From Phyllobates terribilis (lineage: Eukaryota), in assembly GCF_046119375.1 (NCBI RefSeq), contig NW_027362772.1:303676001-303740000 (forward strand): a stretch of DNA of 64,000 nt, written 5' to 3'. The translations under genes were made by a program, and so were the position numbers. The notes beneath the pieces are model-generated. The model was not told the origin of the DNA. It did not search any database and was given only the letters and a program-made list of their open reading frames with translations. Positions 48,001-59,942 of this stretch are shown piece by piece (positions within the stretch are counted from its first letter, which is position 1; the number at the start of each line of letters is the position of its first letter).

Positions 48001-51000
48001 GGTTAGAGAATGACGGAAACCTGCGGAGCAAAGAACCGAGGACCCCAAAATCTATTCTCCTTACACCAAACCGAAGCTCCAAGGTAACGACTGCGCTTAC
48101 AACAGGTGGTCGGACCTCCGTCTGCCGATACCGGGGGCCGAACTGTAGGAATTCATGATTGCAGTTATAAGAGACCCCAATAATTCTGCCTGACAACCCA
48201 TATGGCCAGGGCCGGTGTCAGCACCCGGGCAAGTCCCGGGGCCCTGAGCAGGCGGGGGGCCCACTCGCGGTCGGGCTATGGGCGGAGGAGAGCGGTGTCA
48301 GCGCCCGCCCTTCTCCGCCGCTTGCTCAGGGCCCCGGCAGCCGGATACTTACCTCTCCCCGTGCCTCCACAGATTCGTTGTCTTCCTGCTGTGCTCTCCC
48401 TGAGACGTCTCAGGTCAGAGGGCGCGGTGACGTCTTTCCACGTCGCTCTCTCCTGAGCCGTCACAGGCAGTGCAGAGCCGGAAGACGTCGGCGACGCTGG
48501 AGTACAGACCTGAGCAGCGGCAGCAGGTGAGGAGGAGTGAGGTGAGTATTTGAGTTTTAATTTTTTTTTTTAATGTATGGAGGCTTGGGGCATTATATGG
48601 GGGGGGGGGTGACATCCTGCATGGAGCATTATATGGGGGCGGTGACATGCTGCATGGGGCATTATATGGGGGCGGTGACATCCTGCATGGGGCATTATAA
48701 AGAGAAGGGGGGGTGATATCCTGCATGGGGCATTACATGGGGGGGTGACATCCTGCATGGGGCATTATAAAGAGAGGGGGGTGATATCCTGCATGGGGCA
48801 TTACATGGGGGGGTGACATCCTGCATGGGGCATTATAAAGAGAGGGGGGGGACATCCTGCATGGGGCATTATATGGGGGGGGACATCCTGCATGGGGCAT
48901 TATATGGGGGGGGACATCCTGCATGGGGCATTATATGGGTGGGGGCATCCTGCATGGGGCATTATATGGGTGGGGGCATCCTGCATGGGGCATTACATGG
49001 GTGGGGGCATCCTGCATGGGGCATTATATGGGGTGGAGAGGTGACATCCTGCATGGGGCATTGTATGGGGGGGTGACATCCTGCATGGGGATCCAGTATT
49101 CCGTATAACGTGTTATATGGGGGCTAGTATACTGTGTGGAGTGTTATATGGGGGCCAGTATCCCGTATGGAGCTTTTTATGGGGGCCAGTATACTGTGTG
49201 GAGTGTTATATGGGGGCCAGTATTCCGTATGGAGCTTTTTATGGGGGCCAGTATACTGTGTGGAGTGTTATATGGGGGCCAGTATTCCGTATGGAGCCTT
49301 ATATGGGGGCCAGTATTCTGTGTGGAGCGATTCACTGGTTTCTGAGCTATTGTGGAATTTACTATAGATATCACTCATGTAATGTAAGAAGTGAAATCCT
49401 TGGCCTTGTACTATATATATATATTTCTCTGCGGTATCTGTGCATCATGAATCGTGGTATGTGTTAAAGGGGCCACAGACTCTCGCCCGGCCCAGAAAAA
49501 CCTGGAGCCGACCCTGCATATGGCCAAAATCTCAGGTAAATCCCTGGTTGTCGCCCTACTTCCTGGGATCCAGATCCTGCAATGATAAAGGTGAAAAATT
49601 CCTGACAACAGTGGGACCTACACTGGTGCCTCCTGTTAACGAGACAATATCACGGTTTCAGGCTTATGGATGTGATTAGTCTGTTAACCCTTTCTTTCCC
49701 CAGAGACGTGAATGGGTAACAGGGGCTGGTTTGGCGGAGCGCCCCTTTAAACCCTCCTGCAGCTCTCTAGCTCTGGTAAATCTGTCCCTGTGCCTTTAAA
49801 TGCTGTGTGTCCCCAGAGCCACCCTGCGTGTGTCTGCGTCGCCGCGCTGCAGCTTTAAGGCCGAGTTATCAGCAGTTGCATTGAGTGACTTGCAGGCAGA
49901 AGGGGGGCCGACGTGACTCATTCTGGGGTCTCACACTCATTCTGCAAACTCACTGACTAAGATTTTCCTTCCCAGAAATGACGGGTCCTGGCCCCCTAGC
50001 ACCCGCTCTGCAGATCCCCCCCCCCTGACATTATGAGAAGGTCACTGTCGCTTCTTCTTGCAGAGAGATGCAGGGCGCGTCACCTTCCTGTGCGACGGCG
50101 AATTCCCTCCCCTGGAGCCACGGTGGTCTGCTCGCCCCCTGCTGGGATACGACTGGATAGCGGGTCAGTATGTGTGGACACAGAACCACCTCCTGTGGAT
50201 TGACAGACACATCCTGTTATAGAGGATCTATGGGATGAATAAAAAGCGCCCCTCCTGCATGCAGGTTGTGTCTGGTACTGCACTCCAGTCTTCATTCACT
50301 GCAGTGGCACAGAGCTACAGTACCAGACACAGCCTATGAGCAGGCGTGGCGGCAAAAAAAAAAAACTAAAATTGTCTCTGGTGGGAAGAGGTTAATCTTG
50401 GCATACATAGCCCTACCATTAACCCTCTCACCTGCAGGACTTTTGGAAGTGAAGTCTCCCATCACCAATAAATCTGACCAGTTTTTCGCAGAGATCAATG
50501 AATTCCGACTCATCAACCGCGAGGAGTGCGCACACGAGTGTTTTACTGAGTGAGTCAACGTTTTGAATTGGGCATTTACAGGTGGGGGCGCTGTGCCATT
50601 GTTGTCTATGAAAAGTAGGTCCCTACTGTCATGGTGAGAAGTGGTACTGCAGGTAAGACCAGAAATGCAATATATTCTGGAATAACCTTGTAAGCAGTTT
50701 CCTCTTATATACTCGTCCTCCTTACTTGGGAAGATGCAAACGATCATTATCACTGTCGGGCTTTTGCCTCCTATTATCCAATCACTCCCACTTGTAAAAT
50801 AAATCGTTCCGGTGATAAACTTTTAGTGTTGGGGGAATTACATTTTAAGCAATTCACTACTATGTTTAAGAGACTTTTGTGTTTGTCTTCAGATCAGGGG
50901 CCCAGGACTCATCGGCAGAAGATCTGGACCTCTCGTTGGACACTCATCAGTGTAAGGAGACTTTTTTTTTTTTTTTTTTTTGCAGCTTTTAGGTTGTTGG

Positions 51001-52604
51001 ACTTTGGAGGCCGCTCTGGTCACCGCTGCTTTTCTGTTTCTGTGTTTCAGGTGTATTCTGCTACCGAGTGAACCAGCGATTGTTTACATCCCCGGTGGGT
51101 GCAGAACCTGCATGTCCCGTATGTAAGAAGCGTAGGGGCAGACGCCTCGTCTCCGTAGAGGAGCCCGCGTATATCCGGTAAGTGAACGCTCCACTCGCCC
51201 AACACAAGAAACTATGGGATGGCTGCAGGGGAAGGTGAAGACTTTTACAACCTTGTTGTTTTTTTTTATTCCCTTTAAAACATAAAATTAAGCAACTGAG
51301 TAATGAAAATATCTCCTGCCGTTCTGCGGTTACAGGTCCCGTGCAAAGTTATATGTTGCCATGGGTACTAGCGACACGATTCCTTTTTATTTATATTAGG
51401 GAGAAACAGTGGACAGATAAAGGGACTGGCTGCTGGGCTTGTTTGTAGTCTGTAATTATGGAGCCACATAGTTCTGCATAGGAGCTGCATACACAAAACC
51501 GTAAAGGATTTTTAATAAATATTGTTTTCATTTATATTTTAAATGCACAAAAGCAATAAGAAAATTCAAAGGAACGTATTGTCCATTCTGATTTTAATGG
51601 GATCACGTGGTCTCACAGGATGAGGACCTTCACAGATAACCTGGTTCAACGGTGTACTGGCCCTTTAAATGTCTGTGTTTAATGTTATTAGTCTCCTATG
51701 TTCTGTTACCAATACAGAGGTTATGTTTTAGGGTGAGCATCCCCCGGAGCACGCTGCTCCCACCTTACAAGTACCGAGCCCACAGGAGAAAAAGCTTCGA
51801 CCCTACAGACAGCCTCGCCTTGCCGTCAGTAAGTCGCTTGCCGTTCTCCAGCCTGTATCCTGGCCTGGAATTTCTACATGTCCAAAATGAATCCGATGCA
51901 GCCATTTCTTTGGGGTGCATGCTATTTTTTTTGGAAGGGATCCATTTTCAAGTCCTCTATTTGCTGTCAGTGAATGGAAACATTCAGCCGTACGACCAGA
52001 GGTTCCAGTCTGCTGACACACGTGATTCTGATGTACTCGCTGGCCGTTTCCCCGTGTGCTCAGGAGGGGCGAAGGTTCCGTTCACTGAGTGCAAGCAGAG
52101 ATCTTACTTGTCTAATCCTTTGTGTATCTCTTTTATTCTCTTTTTTTTTCCATTCGCTTCTGCCAGTTTATCACCCCTGTAACTTTGCACTCGTGTACAC
52201 ATTACTTACTGGACAACAACTCCCAGCATTCGCTGTCAGGCTCTTGCTGGGAGTTGTAGTGCTGCAGCAGCTTTGATCCTGTCCCAGAGCCTTTTATATT
52301 ATTTGCTCGCTTTTAGCACTGTTTAGCTGGATGGGAGAACGCCGGGCCGTCCTGCAACCTGAAAGTCACCAGTCTGGACCTGAGGACCTCAACGGGGCCA
52401 AAAATGGTGACTGCACCCACAACAGCGAGCGTGGTAAGAGAATGCACCATTACTATGCCTGCATACTAGGGGGCGCAATTCTCTTGTTGTTAATGCTGAT
52501 AACTCTTATATCTCCAGGACGCCGCTTCTTACTTCGCTTCACGGGCCACATCTGATAATCTGCTGAACTTGTCCCGATCCATTGCCTTCCATCACAGGAA
52601 GTAA
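44920..52604 (+). CDS. miip: Migration and invasion inhibitory protein MIIP; 9 coding exons, 1212 nt, 403 aa
   Basis: Continuous frame over GT-AG exons (117,396,100,112,59,127,97,117,87 nt). Family motifs: RVTF, RPLLGYDWIAG, CVFCYRVNQRLF, VSIPRSTLLPPYKYRAHRRKSFDPTDSLALP, HCLAGWE. Lies downstream of mfn2, as in human. Confidence 0.93.
45064..47386 (-). repeat. 86/81-bp satellite array (~2.3 kb, ~28 units), inverted relative to the 32.8-44.1 kb array, in the miip intron after the ATG exon
   Basis: Units read ctgcactcactattctgctggtgcagtcactgtgtacatacattac..., the reverse complement of the left array; the ORF-track peptides switch strand. Confidence 0.99.
47688..48083 (+). CDS. miip: miip coding exon 2 (SCKPTTT...PKSILLTPNRSSK)
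   Basis: catgcag|AGC ... AAG|gtaac; 396 nt; phase 0 at both ends. Confidence 0.8.
48207..49516. mobile_element. Non-autonomous hAT-type element (1310 bp) with internal minisatellites, in a miip intron
   Basis: Perfect 8-bp TSD CATATGGC (48199-48206 and 49517-49524); termini CAGGGCCGG...CCGACCCTG; CpG-rich left arm; ~30-bp GGGGCATTATATGGGGGGTGACATCCTGCAT repeats at ~48590-49090. Confidence 0.9.
50064..50163 (+). CDS. miip: miip coding exon 3 (RDAGRVTF...RPLLGYDWIAG)
   Basis: ttgcag|AGA ... GCGG|gtcagt; 100 nt. Confidence 0.93.
50438..50549 (+). CDS. miip: miip coding exon 4 (LLEVKSPIT...EFRLINREECAHECFT)
   Basis: ctgcag|GAC ... TGA|gtgagt; 112 nt. Confidence 0.92.
50893..50951 (+). CDS. miip: miip coding exon 5 (SGAQDSS...DTHQ)
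   Basis: ttcag|ATC ... CAGT|gtaagg; 59 nt; restores the frame between its neighbours. Confidence 0.85.
51051..51177 (+). CDS. miip: miip coding exon 6 (CVFCYRVNQRLF...CPVC...PAYIR)
   Basis: tttcag|GTG ... CCG|gtaagt; 127 nt. Confidence 0.94.
51732..51828 (+). CDS. miip: miip coding exon 7 (VSIPRSTLLPPYKYRAHRRKSFDPTDSLALPS)
   Basis: ttttag|GGT ... TCA|gtaagt; 97 nt. Confidence 0.95.
52317..52433 (+). CDS. miip: miip coding exon 8 (HCLAGWE...TTASV)
   Basis: ttttag|CAC ... GTG|gtaaga; 117 nt. Confidence 0.9.
52518..52604 (+). CDS. miip: miip coding exon 9 (DAASYFASRATSDNLLNLSRSIAFHHRK*)
   Basis: ctccag|GAC; TAA at 52602-52604; AATAAA follows at 52779. Confidence 0.75.
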   Translation, partial: DAASYFASRATSDNLLNLSRSIAFHHRK

Positions 52605-52778
52605 AGGGAACAACAATGAGACCGGAAACGTGGCCGTGGACCCTCCCACCTTGCCGATCTGATATCGACGAGCCAACGATATTATATTCCCAAAAGCCCA
52701 TATTAATCTTTATCAAAAGTTCTGAAACTTTCCAATATACATACATGAAGAAAGGTCCACTGAGGCGCCCGTCCCTTT

Positions 52779-52784
52779 AATAAA
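52779..52784 (+). terminator. Probable miip poly(A) signal (second AATAAA at ~53056)
   Basis: AATAAA ~175 nt after the stop, followed by T-rich sequence. Confidence 0.55.
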
Positions 52785-53159
52785 TTTGGCACATTTCTTT
52801 CTGTTTTCTTTTCAAGAACTCTGCTTGCTGTTAGTGATCGGCTCATTGGAACAACGAAACCACTTTTTAAAAAAACAAAACAACGCTCCACCTCTGTTCG
52901 CTGGTTGTGTCTGGTCCTGGGGCTCCACTGTCTTTAATAGGCACTACATAATACGTGACTATTAATCTATATTTCTGTGTTTTCTACACTTCGTGGTGAA
53001 TGTTACATTTCGATCTTTCATATTTGATTGTGAGAGTTTATATTTTTAAATTTGAAATAAAAAAAATCTACAAAAAAAAAAAAAAATGTGATCGATTTCA
53101 CAAAAAAATATTTTCAGAAAAGTCAAGTCAAACAAACTTATCAGGGTCACACAGTGCAT

Positions 53160-53465
53160 GACCGTCGCCTTCTACCCCAGCTTGTGACTGGCAGCATCTC
53201 CTACCCGGCGTATGACCAACAGCGCCTACTAATCGGCGTATGATCGGCGGTACCGCCTACCTGGCGTGATACAGATGGCACCACCTACCCAGCGTGTGAC
53301 CGACAGCGCCTACTACCCGGCGTGTAACCATTGGCACCTCCTACCTGGCATATAGCCGGCAGCGCCTAGTAATCGGTGTGTGAGTGGCGTGTGACCGACG
53401 GTGCCTCCTACCCGGCGAGTGACCGACGGTGCCTCCTACCCGGCGAGTGACCGACGGTGCCTTCA
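53160..53465. repeat. Degenerate ~30-bp minisatellite (CCTACCCGGCGTGTGACCGACGGTGCCT-like)
   Basis: About 9-10 diverged units; the last ones are near-identical. Confidence 0.75.
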
Positions 53466-56400
53466 GTTTGTGATTTGCCATTAGTCAGTGTGACCTGAGC
53501 TGATCACTCAGCACGTAGCATTGATTTTACTACACGGTTCTGTTCACATTGGTTGGATTTCAGCTCGATTTGCGCTTCTAAATCTTCGCAAGATGCGACG
53601 GTTCCCACTACCCGAGTTATAAGCACTGGAAAATTGCGCTGTAAGCGAAAAATAGATGAAACTTAATGACATTCTCATTAGTTCAGCAGATTCCACAAAG
53701 AAACAACAGCAGATTAGAACTTTATCTACTAATCCACTCGTGCGTTGGCGGTGCGTGCGTTGGCGGCGGTGCATGCGTTGGCGGTGCACACGGCACAGCT
53801 GCAGCGGAAGTCATAAATTCTGTTGCAAAGTTTCCATTTATTTTACTGCAAGATATCCGTAGGCAAATCTGCACTTTCAACGTGCGGACATCATCGCAGA
53901 TTTCACCGCTCCACGTTGAAAGGGGTTAAAATCTGCAGCAGGAATTGAGAGCGCAGCTCTGCAGGTTACTTTCCAGGGAGAAGTCATCACATTGTTCACA
54001 ATGGATTTTCCGTGCACTGATCCGCAGCATTTCCGGACGGTGCGGATGTCTAGGTAAAAGCGAGGCTCTTATGTCGTTCATAATTTTATCTGTTACTGGA
54101 AAGTTGGGTGACAACTCGTGTGCTCAGCATTAGAGTTTCTAAGGGGTTGTCACCCAGCTTTCCAAGACTCCTGTACAAGTCCTGGTGATATAAGGTGGAG
54201 GAGGATTTATTGCAGCACCAGGCAGATGTACCATTCAGGACCCTGGGAAAGCTGGGTTACAACCCTTGTGGGAGCGATATCGGCACACATCATCACTGTC
54301 GGTTGTCTGAACCTCGCCGCCTTATCGGCATTAATAAGAGGGGAGGGGTGAGAATAGTAATAACCACGAGGCTCTTTACAGGAAACGCAAATAGAAAAGT
54401 CATCGTTCCTAGAATTCGCTGGCCGCTTTCTGTTCTACTTGTTCATTTGATCGTTTTTACATTTTGCATAATTATAGTATCATCCGGTAAATTTAGGGTC
54501 ACTCCAGGTACCGTAAATGGTGCCAGCAGCGAGGTCTGGGGTCTATTAAAGTCTGTGCGCTTACAGACTGGCAGCAAGTGATCGATTAGGGAATTGCATT
54601 GTGAGCAGTTTCCCGAGATATGATGCAGAAGTTGTAATTCCTGGGATCCAATCGGCAACTTGAAGTCACTACAACCCCCATCAGATCCCTATACTGTCAT
54701 CAACTAATATTTTCATGGGGGAATGGGAAATTGCTTGACACACAATTCCTAAAACATGTTGCTATATTGGATGAAAAGATGGAAATCGCCTGTTGAGGGA
54801 TTATAATATCAGCCCATACTGTTTATCATGGACGACGGAGACGAGGGTCTGGCGGAGCTGACATGTAAAAGGCACTCGGCCCCTTGAATAAACCAGTGCT
54901 GTTGCAACACTACAACTCCCAGCATGCTCTGATTGGCCACACACAGTGTCTGGCTTTGTGTGTGAGTGCATAGGGTGATACATGTGTATATTCTACTATC
55001 AGATTATATTGTGACGTAATGTTCGCTGCCATTTTCCCGCCGCCGCGGACACGTCCGTTTCTTCTCTCACTAATAGATTATACTTTTACCATCGTTACCA
55101 CGTCTCCTGTTTGCGACTTTGTGTTATCAGGGCTGGAGCGCGTTCACATTGGCGCCATATGATCGCGCTCTGTATGTTGTGTGATACCACGTTGGCACTG
55201 ACTATACAATGTCTCTGTCAGAGCCTGGGGGGCCATTCATAGGTCACAGTCATCCGAAACCTCAAGAAAAGTTGGCGCAAATTTCGTTCTACTGGAAAAA
55301 AAAAAGCTGTGAAAATATATATTTTTTTTACTGGTGACGGACAGATGGCTGCACGCTGCGATGGCGACTCTCTCAGTAACAGTCGACCACGCTGATTTGG
55401 GTTTAATGCACCAATCTCCACCATTCTGGATCCTGCATTATATTTCTATGATGAGACTATTTAGGGTCAGTCTGCTGTGCCGAAAATATCTGTAAAGTAA
55501 CGATCCGGCCCCGTAGGTGCACACGGGGGTGAGTGCACTGATGACATAAGAGCTTATTATGGCCGATATCTGCACGCTTCTTGCAAAGAAGGAAACTGAC
55601 AGAGGGTCCTGGAAAGTGTCTGTGGGGTGGAAGGCGCGATACGTCGGCGTCTACGTCAAGATGTTTTCTATCCAGATGTCTTTTTACCCCGAGGTGACAA
55701 GAATCGGTGTCGTCATTGCTCGAGCTGAATCCACTACATGCGCCGCCCCCACCCTCCACCTACAACCTCGTGCCCTTTTCACGGCAGACGGTTCCACGGC
55801 TCGTACTGAACAGCACAGGTGGAGTCCCCGACATCTCACCGACCTTTACAGGAGCTGCCGATCTGCTCCAGACGAAAACAAGACCAACGTTCATCTGGGG
55901 CAAAGAACGGACCGGACGTGTAAAGTTCAAGGCTCCTGAGATTTTACCTTCCTCGTCCGTGCCCCTGTTGTGCCTCTCCTCGTGTCCGTAATCCTGCTTT
56001 TGGGTGAGGAAGCACCTATCCGACCATTTTCGATGACGGCCATCTTGGCACTCATAGGTGGTGTTATCTGTCACCCAGATGGTCCTGTCCCTCCATAGCG
56101 CAGCTCCTTTGTCAATCTACCCATCCCCAATCGCCCTCTCCGTGAGGAGACATGACTGCTGGCAGACAACGCGGCTTGTATAGATCGTACACCAATCCGC
56201 CATGACATTAATATCACCGACCAAACATGTTGCCTCCTCTCTGATCCATTGAGGCCCGGACACCGCGCTCCTCCACGGACCGGACCTGGTTTTCCAGCAT
56301 TTCCCACAGATGATTGATCGACTTGAGGAATTTGGTGACAAGCCGTCACCTCTATCTCAGTCATGTTCCTTGGACATGAGGGAAATCACTGCCATGTGGG

Positions 56401-56685
56401 GGGTCTGTACAATGTTAGGTAGGTGGCACATATCACATCCACATGACACCAGCAGAGCATCACTCCGTCATCCTGATGATCGTCGGCTCTTTATACCATG
56501 TCATATTGCACCAGCACGCCGCAGAGCATCACCCCTTCACATTGCCTCCATCGGCTTGTCTTTTTCCTAGTTTGGGCAGAGAGCCGGGGCTCAGCCAATC
56601 AAAAGAAGGTTTACCAACACCCACCGTGCCCTCGGGTTTGGTACCATTCTAGAGTTTTCCTACCACAGTACCCCTTCCCTTGTAA

Positions 56686-57112
56686 AGGGAATCTGACAAC
56701 AGTTTTTTTCCGCCTAATCTGAGAGCAGTATAATGTAGCGGCAGAGACCCTGATTCCAGCGATGTGTCACTTACTGGGCTGCTTGCTGCAGTTTTGATAA
56801 AATCTCTGTTTCATCCGCTGCAGATCTAGCAGAGCTTGGAATGCTGAGCTCTGTATAACTCCACCCACACTACTGATTGGCTGCTTTCTGTGCACACTGT
56901 GCATAGGCTGAAAGCCACCAATCAGTGGTGTGGACGGGGTTATACAGAGCTCAGCATTCCGACCTCTGCTAGATATGCAGCAAATAAAACTGGAATTTTA
57001 TCAAAACTGCAGCAAGAAGCCCAGTAAGTGACGCATCGCTGGAATCAGGGTCTCTGCCGCTACATCCTGGTGCTCTCAAATGAGGTAGCAAAAACCTGTA
57101 GTCAGATTCCCT
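56686..57112. mobile_element. Near-perfect palindromic MITE (T2/Kolobok-like)
   Basis: AGGGAATCTGAC...GTCAGATTCCCT|TTAA; arms complementary over ~200 bp (e.g. gcagagaccctgattccagcgatg / catcgctggaatcagggtctctgc). Confidence 0.9.
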
Positions 57113-58600
57113 TTAATATCTCAACCCTGCTGGGAATTGGTGACTGAGGCACACGCTTATCCAGGCACACACTGTACTTACTGTACGAGAATCTGCGCCT
57201 ACTCAGTTTCCTTTTCCTAGACAGTGGTTGATGTCACCGCCGCCGCTGAACTCTCTCTCATTTCCAACACAACAGAACCAAATTTGAGACTACAACTCCC
57301 AACATTTCCTGATAAGTGCAGATAAGCTGGAGTTGGGGGAACCTTGGCTGAAGACATTAATATTCTGGGAAGCACAACCCAAACAGCAGCATTAGGGACG
57401 GTCAGTACAGAGGACGCAGAGGCGACAGCGGTACGACAGAGGGACAGCAGTGGTGCCCTGCTCTGTGCCACCCCATGTCATCTGGCGCCCCCTCTGTCCA
57501 CATCTTATATCACCTAAAAGGCTCAGAACCTTTATGCCAGCACTCAGGGCAATATTTATGTCCCAAAGCCATAGTGTGCCACCTATGTGAGATGCCTTCC
57601 TCACTACGAGCAACAGGAACCTCATTATTGCGGCATACGGGGCCATACAACTGCCCGGCGATGTTTGCCACATTTCTGATCCGGCCATTTGGACTTGTCC
57701 ATAGTATCAGAAAGACACAACTGGATAAACGAACACTTGTATATAACTTTCAAGAAAGCTCCACATCATTGGTCCGTCCTGTTTTCTGCATCAGTTCCTT
57801 TGTTTTCTAGATCTCTGATTGCTGTTATTGAATAGGATTCTTCATTATTTACCGGCATTGGCTATAAACCTATACTGGTAATGTGATGGGCACCCATGGG
57901 TCACGGCTCGTTACCGGACATGGGACTGATACACCTTAATGACCAATGCACCTGTGTGCCCACCCGTCACATGACCATGACAGATTTATATGTGCTAGAT
58001 TTAAACAATAAAAGTGTATATTGAATGACATCAAGCAGAGATCTTGAAAATTAGACGAAGAACAAAGTATACTGAGATAAGACTCTTTTTTTTTTTTCTC
58101 CCAGTTGGGAGAAGGGATGGGTGCAAATGGCCAAATATTGATCAGGGATGGCGGAAGGATAAGGCTGGACCTTTAGCTGGAAAACAGGAGCAACTGCTCA
58201 CCTTCTAATGCAGGATCTGCTGGATATTGAATATTGGCAGCTGCACAAGGGCCACCAGGCAAGGGGGCGCACTGCCATAACATCAGCGTCCATGAGATTA
58301 CATGTCAGCCTGAGCTGATAACCTTCATGGCTCTCAATTACTGGTGTAATATGATGGGTTATCAGAGAGTAAGGGCCCCAGATATGGGGGGCACAGGGGC
58401 CCTCACCGTCTTCACACAGTCATGAATCAGAATTGAAGTATTGGGTTGAGTAGCTACAAGCGTGTGATAACCAATATCTGCAGGGGGGAGGACTTCAGTC
58501 ACTTGTGGTCGAAAGAATTAAAGTTTCTGAATGACTGTGACAAAATGATAGAACGCAATGATCGGTGTGAAAGAGCGACACTGCTCTCTGACATGACACC

Positions 58601-58985
58601 TGCAGTGTGAGCAGCACAGCACAAGGCTCTGCAGTGTGAGCAGCACATCACAAGGCTCTGCAGTGTGAGCAGCACATCACAAGGCTCTGCAGTGTGAGCA
58701 GCACATCACAAGGCTCTGCAGTGTGAGCAGCACATCACAAGGCTCTGCAGTGTGAGCAGCACATCACAAGGCTCTGCAGTGTGAGCAGCACATCACAAGG
58801 CTCTGCAGTGTGAGCAGCACAGCACAAGGCTCTGCAGTGTGAGCAGCACATCACTAGGCTCTGCAGTGTGAGCAGCACAGCACAAGGCTCTGCAGTGTGA
58901 GCAGCACATCACAAGGCTCTGCAGTGTGAGCAGCACAGCACAAGGCTCTGCAGTGTGAGCAGCACAGCACAAGGCTCTGCAGTGT
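58601..58985. repeat. 29-bp minisatellite (TGCAGTGTGAGCAGCACATCACAAGGCTC), ~13 copies
   Basis: Period 29 (58601, 58630); very homogeneous. Confidence 0.95.
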
Positions 58986-59618
58986 AGATCTGGAGGAGCC
59001 CAAGGTGAGTACAAAGCTTCTCCGCTCATGCTTGCTTGGCTTATACACTGATGGAGCAGGCTTAAGTGCAGAGGGCATTTTACAGACCTAGCATTAAACC
59101 CTAGGACGAGGTGACAACAAGTGCAATTTTGGTGCTTTTTTTTTTTTTTTGAGCCAAAGCCAAAAGTGGATCCAACAGGAAATAAATGTATCAGTTTTTC
59201 CTTTACACTTCCTCTTCCAAAATTTGGTTCCAATAACTAATAACGCGTTTCCAGTCCGAGGCAGGGGCGACACGAGGTTAATTGTTCTTCCTTTTTTTTG
59301 CCCTTGTGTGGCACTATATATCACTGGTATATTATCAATAGGCAGCGAAGGGTTAAGCTGCACGGAATGTTCAGAGTTAGAATGTTGTTATTATGTGGAC
59401 GCTTTCTGATACTTTGATAACGGAATATAATTAACCCCTGAGCGCATTCACAAGCGATGAGAAAGTGATATTACAGCAGCACGAGGCACCGATCGCTGGG
59501 GGGGGGGGAGACCATCTGGACGTCAATTTTTGCATATTTTCCCTCATGGTCAATGTTTTTAGTGTGGGGCGAGAGATATAATTTGATGCAGCGGGGACTA
59601 CCAACAGGGTACACCAGA

Positions 59619-59768
59619 NNNNNNNNNNNNNNNNNNNNNNNNNNNNNNNNNNNNNNNNNNNNNNNNNNNNNNNNNNNNNNNNNNNNNNNNNNNNNNNNNN
59701 NNNNNNNNNNNNNNNNNNNNNNNNNNNNNNNNNNNNNNNNNNNNNNNNNNNNNNNNNNNNNNNNNNNN
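59619..59768. other. Assembly gap (150 N)
   Basis: Run of N. Confidence 1.
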
Positions 59769-59888
59769 GTAGCCGCCTTTGACTTGACTTTCTCCAACCT
59801 TTTTGGCCGTAGATGACCTGCGTATCATATGGCCCCTCACATTTATCTATTCTTGCACTCATTTTTCTCCTTCTTCTGCAGAGACGTC

Positions 59889-59942
59889 ATGTTCTTCGCT
59901 CAAGTAATTTCCATATTCGTCTTGATCACAGGGATCTGTCAG
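59889..59942 (+). CDS. Candidate signal-peptide exon (MFFAQVISIFVLITGICQ) of a secreted/type I membrane protein; by position possibly TNFRSF8/TNFRSF1B-like
   Basis: Strong acceptor (tttttctccttcttctgcag) at 59881; ATG at 59889; hydrophobic 18-mer; phase-0 donor CAG|gtaaag. The identity is inferred from synteny only. Confidence 0.5.

Noticed and set aside
48415-49467. Multiple Gly/Met/His-rich ORFs
   Set aside because: Translations of minisatellites internal to the hAT element; no transposase similarity.
59431-59862. ORFs spanning the N run
   Set aside because: Artefacts of translating across the assembly gap.
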